Shown here one piece after another: positions 10,182 through 20,249 of a stretch of 64,000 nt of DNA; positions within the stretch are counted from its first letter, which is position 1; the number at the start of each line of letters is the position of its first letter. Made by a program: the position numbers and the translations under genes. The stretch lies in the NCBI GenBank assembly GCA_944386135.1, contig CALWZW010000001.1, positions 86,811 through 150,810 of the forward strand, given 5' to 3'. This DNA is from an uncultured Clostridia bacterium (GTDB lineage: Bacteria > Bacillota > Clostridia > TANB77 > CAG-508). Below the pieces are notes generated by a model, which was given only the letters and a program-made list of their open reading frames with translations, was not told the origin of the DNA and did no database searches.

Positions 10182-10742
10182 ATGAAGAAGAAAAAAATAT
10201 TAATTATAATAGTTTTAATTATACTTTTACTAATTATTGGAGTATTAGTTTATTTAAAAATAAAAAAAGATAGTGAAATAGCTATAGAAACAGAAATAAC
10301 TCCGGTTGAAGAAATAACAGAAGAACAAGAAAGACAAACAATGATTTCATTGTATTATACAAGTACTGATAATAACACATTAATTCCAGAAGCAAGAAGA
10401 ATAGATGTAAAAGAATTAGTAGAAAATCCATATAAAACTTTAGTAGAACTTTTAATAGAAAAACCAAAAAATGAAAAATTATTAAGTAGTATTCCAGAAG
10501 GAACAAAAGTAAACAATGCGAGTTTGAAAAATGGTATTGTAGAACTTGATTTATCAAAAGAATTCATAGAGAATCAAACTGGAGATATAGAAAAAGCAAA
10601 ACTTAGTATTTATTCAATAGTAAATACACTTACAGAATTAAATGAAGTAAATGCTGTAAAAATATTAATAGATGGAGAAGAAAATAAAAAATTCAGTAAT
10701 ATTGATTTAAAATTAGAAGGAACGTATGTAAGACAAGATTAA
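10182..10742 (+). CDS. GerMN-domain sporulation/germination lipoprotein-like protein
   Basis: N-terminal TM anchor, then ISLYYTSTDNNTLIPEARRIDV...NAVKILIDGEEN typical of GerM/GerMN; ATG at 10182 with RBS ggtggagg preferred over the GTG at 10170. Confidence 0.65.
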   Translation: MKKKKILIIIVLIILLLIIGVLVYLKIKKDSEIAIETEITPVEEITEEQERQTMISLYYTSTDNNTLIPEARRIDVKELVENPYKTLVELLIEKPKNEKLLSSIPEGTKVNNASLKNGIVELDLSKEFIENQTGDIEKAKLSIYSIVNTLTELNEVNAVKILIDGEENKKFSNIDLKLEGTYVRQD

Positions 10743-11012
10743 TTTCTAAACAGTTTATATAGCTTTACATATTTTATAAAATGCTTATAATTAATAAGAA
10801 AATTCTCAACTTCATTTAAAGAAGTAAGAGTATTTTCTTTTTTTTGTTTAAAATCTAATTTATTTTTATTAGTATTTTTATTTTTGCAATTTCCTCTTGA
10901 ATAAAATAAATTATTTTCCATATAGCCTCCATAGAAAAAGGTGTTTCAATTTATAAAAAAATATTGTATAATAAATAATATGAATGTTATAAAAACAATG
11001 TGAATATATAAT

Positions 11013-11762
11013 TTGAAAAGGATTGATATGGAATTAAAAGAAGAAGAAAGAATAGACGACTTACAATTAAATAATTTAAAAATAATACAAAATCCAAAAT
11101 GGTTTTGTTTTGGAATAGATAGTGTAATTCTATCTGATTTTGCAAAAGAAATACATAAAAATAGTAAAATATTAGATTTAGGAACAGGAACTGGAATTTT
11201 AGCAATTCTTTTATCGGAAAAAGTTAAAGAATCAAAAATAGTAGGAATAGAAGTTCAAAAAGAAGTAGCAGAAATGGCAACAAGAAGCGTTGGATTAAAT
11301 AACTTGGAAGATAGAATAGAAATAATAAATACTAATGTAAAACAAATAACTTATTCCGAAGAATTTAATGCAGTAGTAACAAATCCACCATATAAAGAAA
11401 AAGACACAGGACTAATAAACGAGAATAATGTAAAATTAATATCAAGACATGAAATAAATGGAACTTTAGAAGACTTTATAAAAGCAGCAAGTAAAGCCTT
11501 AAAAGATAAAGGGTCAATGTACATGGTAAATAGACCAGAAAGAATAGTTGATATATTTGAACATTGTAGAAAATATAAGTTAGAACCAAAAAAGTTACAA
11601 TTTGTTTATTCAAAAATAGGAGGAAAACCAACATTAATTTTAGTAAAAGCAACTAAAAATGCAAATAAATATTTAAAAGTAGAAAAGCCGTTATACATAT
11701 ATAAGGAAGATGGAAAGTATATGGATGAAATTTTAAAAATATATAGAAAGGATGAAAAATAA
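11013..11762 (+). CDS. tRNA1(Val) A37 N6-methyltransferase-like SAM-dependent methyltransferase (TrmN6/YfiC family)
   Basis: LDLGTGTGILAI SAM motif and NPPY motif; sits beside rsmI as in many Firmicutes. Confidence 0.7.
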   Translation: MKRIDMELKEEERIDDLQLNNLKIIQNPKWFCFGIDSVILSDFAKEIHKNSKILDLGTGTGILAILLSEKVKESKIVGIEVQKEVAEMATRSVGLNNLEDRIEIINTNVKQITYSEEFNAVVTNPPYKEKDTGLINENNVKLISRHEINGTLEDFIKAASKALKDKGSMYMVNRPERIVDIFEHCRKYKLEPKKLQFVYSKIGGKPTLILVKATKNANKYLKVEKPLYIYKEDGKYMDEILKIYRKDEK

Positions 11763-11764
11763 AA

Positions 11765-12581
11765 ATGCAAGGAAAAATATACTTAGTTGCAACACCAATT
11801 GGAAATCTAGAAGATATTACTTTAAGAGCAATTAGAATATTAAAAGAAGTAGATATAATTGTAGCTGAAGACACAAGACAAACATTAAAACTATTAAATC
11901 ATTTTGAAATATCAAAACAAATGATAAGCTACCATAGACATAGCTCAGAAGAAAAGAAAAAAGAAATAATAGAAAAAGTAAAAGAAGGAAAAAATATAGC
12001 ATTAGTTTCTGATGCAGGAACACCAGTAATTTCAGATCCAGGAGAAGAAATAGTACAAACAGCATTAGAAAAACAAATAGAAGTTATCCCAATACCAGGA
12101 CCATGTGCACTAATTGCAGCATTAATTACATCAGGTATAGATGCAAAAGAATTCTTATTTTTAGGCTTTTTGCCATTGAATAAAAAAATAAGAAAAGAAA
12201 AATTAAATATAATAAAAGATTCAAAACAGACTACAATATTATATGAAGCACCACATAAATTAACACAAACATTAGAAGACTTACAAGAAATTACAAATTC
12301 AAGAAAAATAGTATTAGCAAGAGAAATAACAAAAATTCATGAGGAATATATTACAGGGACAGCAAAAGAACTTGTTGAAAAAATAAAAGAACCAAAAGGA
12401 GAATTTGTAATAGTAATAGAAAAAAATAATGAACAAGAAGAAAATATATTTGAAAATATGAGCTTAGACGAACATTATAAATACTATGAAAATCTTCGGA
12501 TATGACAAAAAAGAAATAATAAAAAAGATAGCAAAAGATAAAAAAGTAAAAAAAGATGAAATATATAAAAAATTCATATAA
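11765..12581 (+). CDS. rsmI: 16S rRNA (cytidine1402-2'-O)-methyltransferase RsmI, broken by a +1 frameshift at 12497 (cttCGGAtat)
   Basis: MQGKIYLVATPIGNLEDIT... tetrapyrrole-methylase fold; zero frame stops at 12505, but skipping C12497 gives LGYDKKEIIKKIAKDKKVKKDEIYKKFI*, the usual RsmI C-terminus. Confidence 0.8.
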
Positions 12582-12603
12582 AACTATAAATTTATATACC
12601 AAA

Positions 12604-12632
12604 AAGGTGCACATAAAAATGCACCTTTTTTA
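12604..12632. terminator. Bidirectional rho-independent terminator between the convergent rsmI and abrB-like genes
   Basis: ggtgcacataaaaatgcacc hairpin flanked by A- and T-runs. Confidence 0.5.
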
Positions 12633-12887
12633 TTTAGAATCTTTTAATTCTGCAATTTTATTTTTGCATTTGGAACAGATTAAGTTATCGTTATATAGAA
12701 ATAAATCTTTGCTACTTCCACAAAAAATACAGTTTGGATTATATTTTTTTAATATAATAGAAGAACCGTCAACAAATATTTCTAAAGGGTCTTTCTCTTG
12801 TATACCTAATTTATTTCTAAGTTCCATAGGAATAACAATTCTACCCAACTCATCAACTTTTCTGATTATGCCAGTTGACTTTATCAT
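12630..12887 (-). CDS. AbrB/MazE-family (SpoVT/AbrB domain) regulator with a C-terminal CxxC...CxxC zinc-ribbon
   Basis: MIKSTGIIRKVDELGRIVIPMELRNKLGI matches the AbrB N-domain; C-terminus CIFCGSS...CSKCKNK. Confidence 0.7.
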   Translation of the reverse strand: MIKSTGIIRKVDELGRIVIPMELRNKLGIQEKDPLEIFVDGSSIILKKYNPNCIFCGSSKDLFLYNDNLICSKCKNKIAELKDSK

Positions 12888-13487
12888 AATATTCCTCCTT
12901 TTGTAATAATATAAAGTTACTTTCCTTAATCAAATTATATATTAATATATTTTAGTTAATCATAACATAAACTATCGTAATAATCAACAAAAATTTATAA
13001 CTAATTAATAAGAATTACAGGAGTTTAAAACTCCTGTAAAGTTAGATATATAACTCCATTCGGAGGTTTAAGATTGTAGAGGCTGTCCTTCGCAATAAAA
13101 TGGGGGCCGCGAAGAAAAGAACATAAAACTTTCAGACCTCTACAAGAATAAAGGCATCGTAAAATATGAATGTATTAATTATAAGTATAAAGATACTATT
13201 AAAAATACAAACATTAATAAACTAATAATACATTTGGAAAATATTTTAGATAAAAAATAAAATATAATCGAAAATTAATATTATTTGAATAATAAAATTA
13301 CGAAATGCAAACTAAAAAAATTTGCATAAACAAATATGTACAGCCCAAGAAAATTAGAGCTAATTACTCTGGAAATTTTTAAAAAATTCCAATTCCCATG
13401 TAATAAAGATAGAGTGAATCTCTAAAATGATAAAATTAATTACCATAAATATAATATCTCACAAAACTATAAAAGTCAAGAAAAACA

Positions 13488-14029
13488 TTACGACATAAAC
13501 TGACAAAAAGCGACAGATGTAATTATTCCGAATAAATTCACTTATAAGAGAAGCAATTAAAACAAACCTTATTTTTTTTATACCAACAGCACTTGTGTAA
13601 ATAGCAATAGTGTAAAGAGTAGTTTCTGTAGAACCCATAATAGTAGAAGCAATTAAACCGAGAAAGAGTATCAACCCCGTAAGTTTCCATTATATTCATT
13701 GCAACAGCAGTTGAAGCACTACCAGAAATTGGACGAACTAAAATTAGTGGCAATAATTCTGAGGGAATTTTAAAAACATTAAGAAAAGGAGAAAAAATGC
13801 TCCCTAATAAATTGAATATACCAGAGTTTTCAAGCATACTAATTGCCAAAAATAATGCAATAAGAGTTGGAAAAATTTTAATAACAGTATTTATTCCTTC
13901 TTTACAACCCACTAAAAAACTATCAAAAACTTTAATTTTTTCAGATAAACCATAAGATATTATAAAAAATATAACAAAAGGTACAGCTGTAATCGAAATA
14001 TAATTAATAACTTCCAAAGAAACCTCCAT
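13488..14029 (-). CDS. spmB: Spore maturation protein B (SpmB), two +1 frameshifts (extra bases at + strand ~13660 and 13530; sense tctCGGTtta and attCGGAata)
   Basis: ...RPISGSASTAVAMNIMETYGVD / FLGLIASTIMGSTETTLYTIAIYTSAVGIKKIRFVLIASLISEFI / GIITSVAFCQFMS* joined across three frames matches the SpmB nucleoside-recognition domain. Confidence 0.7.
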
Positions 14030-14608
14030 TTATTTTCCAATTTTAATAAAAAATTTAACTGCTAAAACTCCAGCAACGGCAGCACATATGCTAGAAAGCC
14101 AAACAGGAAGAATAATAGCAGTTGGATTTGTAGAATTTAAAGAACTTCTTATAGCAATAATTGTTGTAGGAATAATCTGAAGAGAAGCAGTATTAAGTAA
14201 AATAAGCATAGCCATAGAATTGCTGATAGTATTTTTACATTTATTTTTTTCCTGAAGAGATTCCATAGCGCTTATGCCCAATGGGGTTGCAGCATTTCCA
14301 AGACCTAACATATTAGCAACAATATTCAAAGAGATTTTATTATAGCTTTCATCATTTTTTTTTATTTCAGGAAATAAAAATCTAATTAAAGGAGTTAAAA
14401 ATTTAGTTATTTTTTGTGAAAGAGAACTATTTTCTGCAATTTTCATAATTCCACACCATAAGGTAACAGTACCAAAAAAAGTGAGAGTAAGTTCAACAGC
14501 AGACTTACAAGACTCAAAAACACCATTATTTATATTTTCAATATTTCCTGTAAATAAAGCATAAACACAGGAAAGTATTATAAAAATAGGCCAAATAAAA
14601 TTTAACAT
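14030..14608 (-). CDS. spmA: Spore maturation protein A (SpmA)
   Basis: MLNFIWPIFIILSCVYALFTGNIENINNGVFESCKSAVELTLT... nucleoside-recognition domain; ATG at 14608 with RBS aaaggagtt; stop abuts the spmB start. Confidence 0.8.
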   Translation of the reverse strand: MLNFIWPIFIILSCVYALFTGNIENINNGVFESCKSAVELTLTFFGTVTLWCGIMKIAENSSLSQKITKFLTPLIRFLFPEIKKNDESYNKISLNIVANMLGLGNAATPLGISAMESLQEKNKCKNTISNSMAMLILLNTASLQIIPTTIIAIRSSLNSTNPTAIILPVWLSSICAAVAGVLAVKFFIKIGK

Positions 14609-14739
14609 ATAAAACTCCTTTAAAAAAATATATATGAAGAAGTATATAAATATATGCAAAAACGTTAACATAAAACTTGAAATAGAACTAAAAAAATGGT
14701 AAAATAATAAATGGTAATAAAAAGAAAGAAGGAACAATA

Positions 14740-17178
14740 ATGAAAAAAATAGAAGAAACGAGAGTAAGAGATATATTAAATAAAATTGGAATTAATTTAT
14801 CGGATAGAGATGTACAAGTGATATTAAAAAATGATACAAAAGCAATAGATAGATTTGAAGAAATAAAAAAAACAAAAAGATATGGCGAAAAAATGAACTC
14901 AAAAATAAGTTTTGGACTAGCAGTAATAGATATATTTGAAGAATATGAAGATAAAATGAATAAAGAATATCTTGTACTACTTACACTATATAATGTACAA
15001 AAAACATTAGAAGAACAAGGAGAAAAACTAACTCCCGAAGAAATTAGAGAAGCAAGAAGATACATAAAAAATGCTATAGAGCTTATTGGAAATAGAAATT
15101 TTGACATAGTAGACTTAAACTTTGATGAAAAATTACACAAAATAATGAACTTAAGAGTAATAAATTCAATAGAATTAATAAGATGCATACAAAATAAAAG
15201 AAAATTATCTAGTATGGATAAACCAAGTAAAAAACAAGCTGAAAGAATTGAAGAAATACATGAATCGATAGGACTTGAAAACCTAGCACAAGTTCTTACA
15301 GTAGATGATATAAAAAAAGTAATTAGTATAAGTAGAGAAGTAGGACAAGGAATTTTTGAACAAATATCATGGAACTCTATTGAAATGTTTAAGAAAGCAC
15401 ATCCAGAAATAGCAGTATATGAATTAGGAAAAGTAGGACATTTGACTAAAGAATTCCAAAGAGCAGTATTAAATAGCAAAGAATATAATGAAGCGGTAGT
15501 AGACGCACTTATGAGAAATTGCAAATACATAGACATTGATAAATTACTATTATTAGCAAGCTATAGAATTGTTAGTACAATAAAAGAAAACGGGGCGGAA
15601 TCAATAAGAATATCAAAAAATACAGAAGAAGGTAGAGAAAGAGAAAGCAAAGAAGAAACGTTAATAATAATAGAAGACCTTGTAAAAGGAATGTATGAAA
15701 GGACAAAAAAAGGAACAACAATTGAAGCAGAAGAGAATGAAACAGACAAAAAAGTAGAATATTCCAAAGAAGAACTAAAAAAAGATGTAATGAGATTTAG
15801 AGGAGGAAGGTACATAAGCGAAGAAGAGTCTAAAGAACTAAGAAAAAGATTATTAGATAATGAAACAAATTTAATGGAAGCAGATGAAGATGTGTTAAGA
15901 ACAATAGATTTTGAAGAAGGAGATGCCATAAAATTACTTACAAATTCAGAAGAAAACATAATTTATTTAATTAATGCAGGAGCAATTGAGAAGGCCGACA
16001 TGGCAGGTATATTAAAACTAAGAGACAAATGTTCTGAAAGATTATTTGCAAAAATACAAGAAAAAGGATTATTAAATTATGAACAAATAATAAGACTTTT
16101 TCAAAAAGGAATATTAGGTCCAGAGAATTTAGCACAAATAGAAAATGAAGAAGAAATAGAAGAAATAAAAAAATATGCGAGAGAAAACGTAAGAAAATTA
16201 TATGAAAATATTTCAAATAGAGAACAAACCCCAACACCAGAAGAGCTAAAACAAGTTAATAGATATTCAAATCTATATAAACTATTAAATATAACAGGAA
16301 AAACAGAAGAAGAAATAAAAGAAACATCAAATGAATTGATTAGTTCATTTGAAGAAAGCATAAGCAACGAAATACTAGAAAGATTATATCAATATGGGCT
16401 TATAACACTTGATTCAGCAGCAGATTGGGGAGTAGACTTAACCGAAATGCTTGCACATAATAGCATAAAACCGACAGACTTAAAAGATTTATACCATAAA
16501 CAAATAATAACAATAGAAGCAATAAAAGATGTAATAATAAATGGAAATTTAGACTATGAAGAAAAACTAGACTTAATATATAGTACATTTGACGGAGAAA
16601 GTGAAGAAGAATATCAAATAAGAGAAGAGCTAGTTGACCTTTTAGGAATAAGCAAAGGACATAAAGAAGAAACAGAAAAAACAGGAAGAACAAAAAGTGG
16701 AGAAAATACTGCAAAAGTAAGAACATATATAACAGACCCACACGCAAGATGGAAATTAATATCATTATTAGATAAAGAATACTCTAAAAAATTTTTACCA
16801 ACAGGAATAGAAATTACAGACGGACATAGAGTATTTTTACTTCCAAACCAGGAAAAAGTTGTAATTGAAAAAATGCATGAAAAACGACAAGGAAAAAAGG
16901 TAAGTGCATACGGAAGCGCAACTTACATAATGGAAGCAGACGAATTCTTCAAAAACATAGATAATATAATTATTGAAGGAAAAGTAAATAGAACAGCACT
17001 TAGAGAGATTTCAGAAGCAAGTCAAGCAACAAAAATAATACATAGTAAATCATGGGGAGAAGCAATAAAAAGATATTTTGAAATAAATGAAGAAAATGAG
17101 AGATATACACAAGAAGAAATAGAAGAAATAAATACAGCAATAAAAAATGTAGAAGCTTCTAGGAAGGAAAGAAAATAA
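14740..17178 (+). CDS. Hypothetical 812-aa highly charged (Glu/Lys-rich) protein, no family recognised
   Basis: Long uninterrupted ORF with RBS gaaggaa; no TM segment, no P-loop; stop overlaps the next gene. Confidence 0.65.
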   Translation: MKKIEETRVRDILNKIGINLSDRDVQVILKNDTKAIDRFEEIKKTKRYGEKMNSKISFGLAVIDIFEEYEDKMNKEYLVLLTLYNVQKTLEEQGEKLTPEEIREARRYIKNAIELIGNRNFDIVDLNFDEKLHKIMNLRVINSIELIRCIQNKRKLSSMDKPSKKQAERIEEIHESIGLENLAQVLTVDDIKKVISISREVGQGIFEQISWNSIEMFKKAHPEIAVYELGKVGHLTKEFQRAVLNSKEYNEAVVDALMRNCKYIDIDKLLLLASYRIVSTIKENGAESIRISKNTEEGRERESKEETLIIIEDLVKGMYERTKKGTTIEAEENETDKKVEYSKEELKKDVMRFRGGRYISEEESKELRKRLLDNETNLMEADEDVLRTIDFEEGDAIKLLTNSEENIIYLINAGAIEKADMAGILKLRDKCSERLFAKIQEKGLLNYEQIIRLFQKGILGPENLAQIENEEEIEEIKKYARENVRKLYENISNREQTPTPEELKQVNRYSNLYKLLNITGKTEEEIKETSNELISSFEESISNEILERLYQYGLITLDSAADWGVDLTEMLAHNSIKPTDLKDLYHKQIITIEAIKDVIINGNLDYEEKLDLIYSTFDGESEEEYQIREELVDLLGISKGHKEETEKTGRTKSGENTAKVRTYITDPHARWKLISLLDKEYSKKFLPTGIEITDGHRVFLLPNQEKVVIEKMHEKRQGKKVSAYGSATYIMEADEFFKNIDNIIIEGKVNRTALREISEASQATKIIHSKSWGEAIKRYFEINEENERYTQEEIEEINTAIKNVEASRKERK

Positions 17179-17179
17179 T

Positions 17180-17923
17180 ATGCAAAAAATATTATATGAT
17201 GCAATGTTTAGTAAAATTCAAAAAGAAATAATTGCAAATAAAGAAGAAATAGAAAAATTAGAAAAAATAGACTCAAAATATTGTAAAATAGAAATCAATA
17301 TAGAAAAACTTATAAAAATTATAGAATATTATAAAATAAAAAAAATAAAAAACGAAAATAAAAAAATATTAATTTATTGTAATGGAAATCCATACATAGT
17401 ATTAAACATTGCAATGATAGCAATAACAAACAATCTATCAATAAAAATAAATATAGACGATACTATGCTAGGAGTAAATAAATATCTTTTAGAGATAATA
17501 AATAGAACATTAGAAAAAAATGAATTAAAAACAAAATTAGAATTATTTAATAAAGAAGAAAACGACGAAAAGATAATTTTTATTGATAGAATAAACGACT
17601 TTAATACTATTAAAACTAAGAATAAAAAATATATTCCATATGAAAGTATAGATGTATACTCAGAAGAAAGCGAATATGAAGAATTATTTGAAAAAATATA
17701 TGACTATGCAATAAACATGAATATAGATATAGACATATTTGATGATGAAGGAATAGAAAGCATGTTAAAATATGGAACAGGAAAAAATAAATTAATATTA
17801 ACAAACAACAAAGAAATAATAAATAAATATTCAGAAAAAAACATTTATATTAATGAAAACCCATTTAAAAGAGAAAAAATTATATTTGATGAAAACACAG
17901 TAAAAGAAATAAGTAGTTATTAA
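17180..17923 (+). CDS. Hypothetical 247-aa protein, translationally coupled to the 812-aa gene
   Basis: ATG at 17180 overlaps the upstream stop; K/N/E-rich, no recognisable domain. Confidence 0.6.
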   Translation: MQKILYDAMFSKIQKEIIANKEEIEKLEKIDSKYCKIEINIEKLIKIIEYYKIKKIKNENKKILIYCNGNPYIVLNIAMIAITNNLSIKINIDDTMLGVNKYLLEIINRTLEKNELKTKLELFNKEENDEKIIFIDRINDFNTIKTKNKKYIPYESIDVYSEESEYEELFEKIYDYAINMNIDIDIFDDEGIESMLKYGTGKNKLILTNNKEIINKYSEKNIYINENPFKREKIIFDENTVKEISSY

Positions 17924-18028
17924 TTTTGAGTCCAAAACGACCAGATTTATTATAACATTGAAAAAATCAATAAAAAATGGTATAATATAAATGTACGCAG
18001 ACTTTTTTGAACAGAAAGGAGTACCAAT

Positions 18029-18229
18029 ATGTGGATAGCCATATTTATTGTGCTACTAGTAATCTACATATTCTGGCGGTTCGCATGGGCAATCGTCGAG
18101 CCCATATTCACATTCGTGTATGAAACAATAGTCGACTTGCTCATGGGACTCGGGTTATCCTACAACGGCGCGAGAGCGTTCATATCGGTAATGGCAATTT
18201 TTGTCATCATGATAATTGTACTCTCGTAA
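18029..18229 (+). CDS. Small two-helix hydrophobic peptide (66 aa) on a locally GC-rich (~45%) cassette
   Basis: Extended -10 promoter ttgaaa-N18-tggtataat, RBS aaaggag, C-ending codons atypical for the region, contains an in-frame CGG, followed by a strong terminator. Confidence 0.4.
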   Translation: MWIAIFIVLLVIYIFWRFAWAIVEPIFTFVYETIVDLLMGLGLSYNGARAFISVMAIFVIMIIVLS

Positions 18230-18230
18230 A

Positions 18231-18276
18231 AATCACAGGGGCATTTGCTGCTAAAGCAATTGCCCCTGTGATTTTT
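18231..18276. terminator. Rho-independent terminator
   Basis: aaatcacaggggcatttgctgctaaagcaattgcccctgtgattttt, GC-rich stem plus T-run. Confidence 0.6.
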
Positions 18277-18354
18277 ACTATACAATAAATTTGAGCTATA
18301 TTTATGGTGAAACAACTTTTCTTAAACAAAAAAATGGCCTATAGCCATTTTCAC

Positions 18355-18431
<77 letters not shown>

Positions 18432-18546
18432 AAAATTAACGCTCAATTATAATAACACAAAAATCCAATATTGTCAATGATTTTTGCAAAAAAACTTATA
18501 TAAACACTAAGTCAATAACAAAATTAAATTTGCTATATCAATTTTA

Positions 18547-18873
18547 TTATTGATCAGATGAATATTTAGCTATAGGACGAATCACATTATACATTAACTC
18601 TGCTACATCATCAGAACTATTTGAAACCATTCTATTTATTTTACCAACAAAATTAGAGTGAGTAGAATCACCAAATAAAATATAATCGCATGAATAACCG
18701 GTTTTAGAAGAGATTATCATTAATGTGTCTATACTCATAGATTTATCGCCTCTTTCAATCTGACTTAAAAATGAGGAAGATATGTCTATTAATTCAGCAA
18801 ACTGTTCTCTAGTCAAAGACAAAGATTCTCTAATAGTCCTTATTCTGTTTCCAATCATAATATCATCTTTCAT
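18547..18873 (-). CDS. XRE-family helix-turn-helix transcriptional regulator
   Basis: MKDDIMIGNRIRTIRESLSLTREQFAELIDISSSFLSQIERGDKSMSIDTLMIIS is a Cro/C1-type HTH. Confidence 0.7.
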   Translation of the reverse strand: MKDDIMIGNRIRTIRESLSLTREQFAELIDISSSFLSQIERGDKSMSIDTLMIISSKTGYSCDYILFGDSTHSNFVGKINRMVSNSSDDVAELMYNVIRPIAKYSSDQ

Positions 18874-19169
18874 ATAAAATTCCCCCATTTAATAATAATG
18901 AAAGTTAAAAGTTACTAATAAAATTATATAAACACTAAAAACAAAATGCCAAACACTTATAAGGTAAAAGAAACACACTCTAAAAGTGCAAAATTTTAAT
19001 TATTATAACAGAAAAAATAGAAAAAAATTAAATTAATAAAAATAATGTAAAAAAATATCATGAAAACTAAGCTTCCGTATATAAAATTGTAAATTTTATG
19101 TGAAAATATTGCAATTATAAAAAACTAATGATAATATTATAACGATTATGAAAAAAGGAGGAGAAACAC

Positions 19170-20249
19170 TTGATTAAAGTAGAAAATGTAACTAAAAAAT
19201 ATGGCAGTCATACCGCCATAGATAACATAAGCTTTGAAATCAAAGAAGGAGAGATTGTTGGATTCTTAGGCCCAAATGGAGCAGGAAAAACTACAACAAT
19301 GAGTATTATTACGGGATATATAGAACCAAATAGTGGACATGTTGAAATAAGCGGATATAATGTAAGCAAAAAAGCAAGAAAAGCAAAAAGAGAAATTGGA
19401 TATATGCCTGAAACAACACCATTATATAATGAATTAACTCCAAAAGAATTTATTAATTACATGGCAGAATTAAAAAGTGTGCCAAGAAAAGAAAGAAAAG
19501 CAGAAGTAGAAAGAGTCATAAAAGCAGTAAATATAGACGATGTACAAAATAAATTAATAAGAAATCTTTCAAGAGGATACAGACAACGTGTAAGTTTAGC
19601 AGGAGCATTAGTTGGAAATCCAAAAGTTTTAATATTGGACGAGCCAACAGTAGGATTAGATCCTAAGCAAGTTACACAAATAAGAAGTTTAATAAAGTCA
19701 CTCGGAAAAGACCATACAGTAATACTAAGTTCTCATATATTATCAGAAGTAAGCCAAATATGTGAAAAAGTTATAATAATAAATAAAGGAAAACTTGTTG
19801 CAATAGATACTCCAGAGAATTTAGAGAAAAAAGAAGCAGGAGAAAATACATTGCTTGTAACTGTTGAAGATCCAGAAGGAAAGATAAATGATACAGTAAA
19901 AGCAATGGCAAATGTAAGAGATATAAAACTCGTAAAAGAAATTCCAGATGGAACAAAACAATATAGTATATTCGCAAGAGGAGATAAAGATATAAGAAAA
20001 GATATATTTGCAAATTTTGCCAAATGCGGAATAACAATATTTGAATTAAAGAAAGCTGAAATTAGTTTAGAAGATGCATTTATAGATTTAATAGATAATC
20101 AAAAAGAAGAAAAGAGTAAAACAAAAGAAGAAATAAAAAAAGAAAAACAAGAACAAAAAGAAAAAAATAAAAAAGATAAAGAAAACAAAAAGGCAGAAAA
20201 AAATAAAGAAAAAGAAAATAAGAAAAAAGAAAAAGGAGGGGATAAATAA
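19170..20249 (+). CDS. ABC transporter ATP-binding protein with a K/E-rich C-terminal tail
   Basis: Walker A GPNGAGKTT, signature LSRGYRQR, Walker B ILILDEP; TTG start after RBS aaaggagg. Confidence 0.85.
   Translation: MIKVENVTKKYGSHTAIDNISFEIKEGEIVGFLGPNGAGKTTTMSIITGYIEPNSGHVEISGYNVSKKARKAKREIGYMPETTPLYNELTPKEFINYMAELKSVPRKERKAEVERVIKAVNIDDVQNKLIRNLSRGYRQRVSLAGALVGNPKVLILDEPTVGLDPKQVTQIRSLIKSLGKDHTVILSSHILSEVSQICEKVIIINKGKLVAIDTPENLEKKEAGENTLLVTVEDPEGKINDTVKAMANVRDIKLVKEIPDGTKQYSIFARGDKDIRKDIFANFAKCGITIFELKKAEISLEDAFIDLIDNQKEEKSKTKEEIKKEKQEQKEKNKKDKENKKAEKNKEKENKKKEKGGDK

Noticed and set aside
10739-10921. 60-aa K/N-rich minus-strand ORF convergent with the GerMN gene
   Set aside because: It has a plausible RBS, but no similarity and low complexity, and it overlaps the GerMN terminator region; insufficient support.
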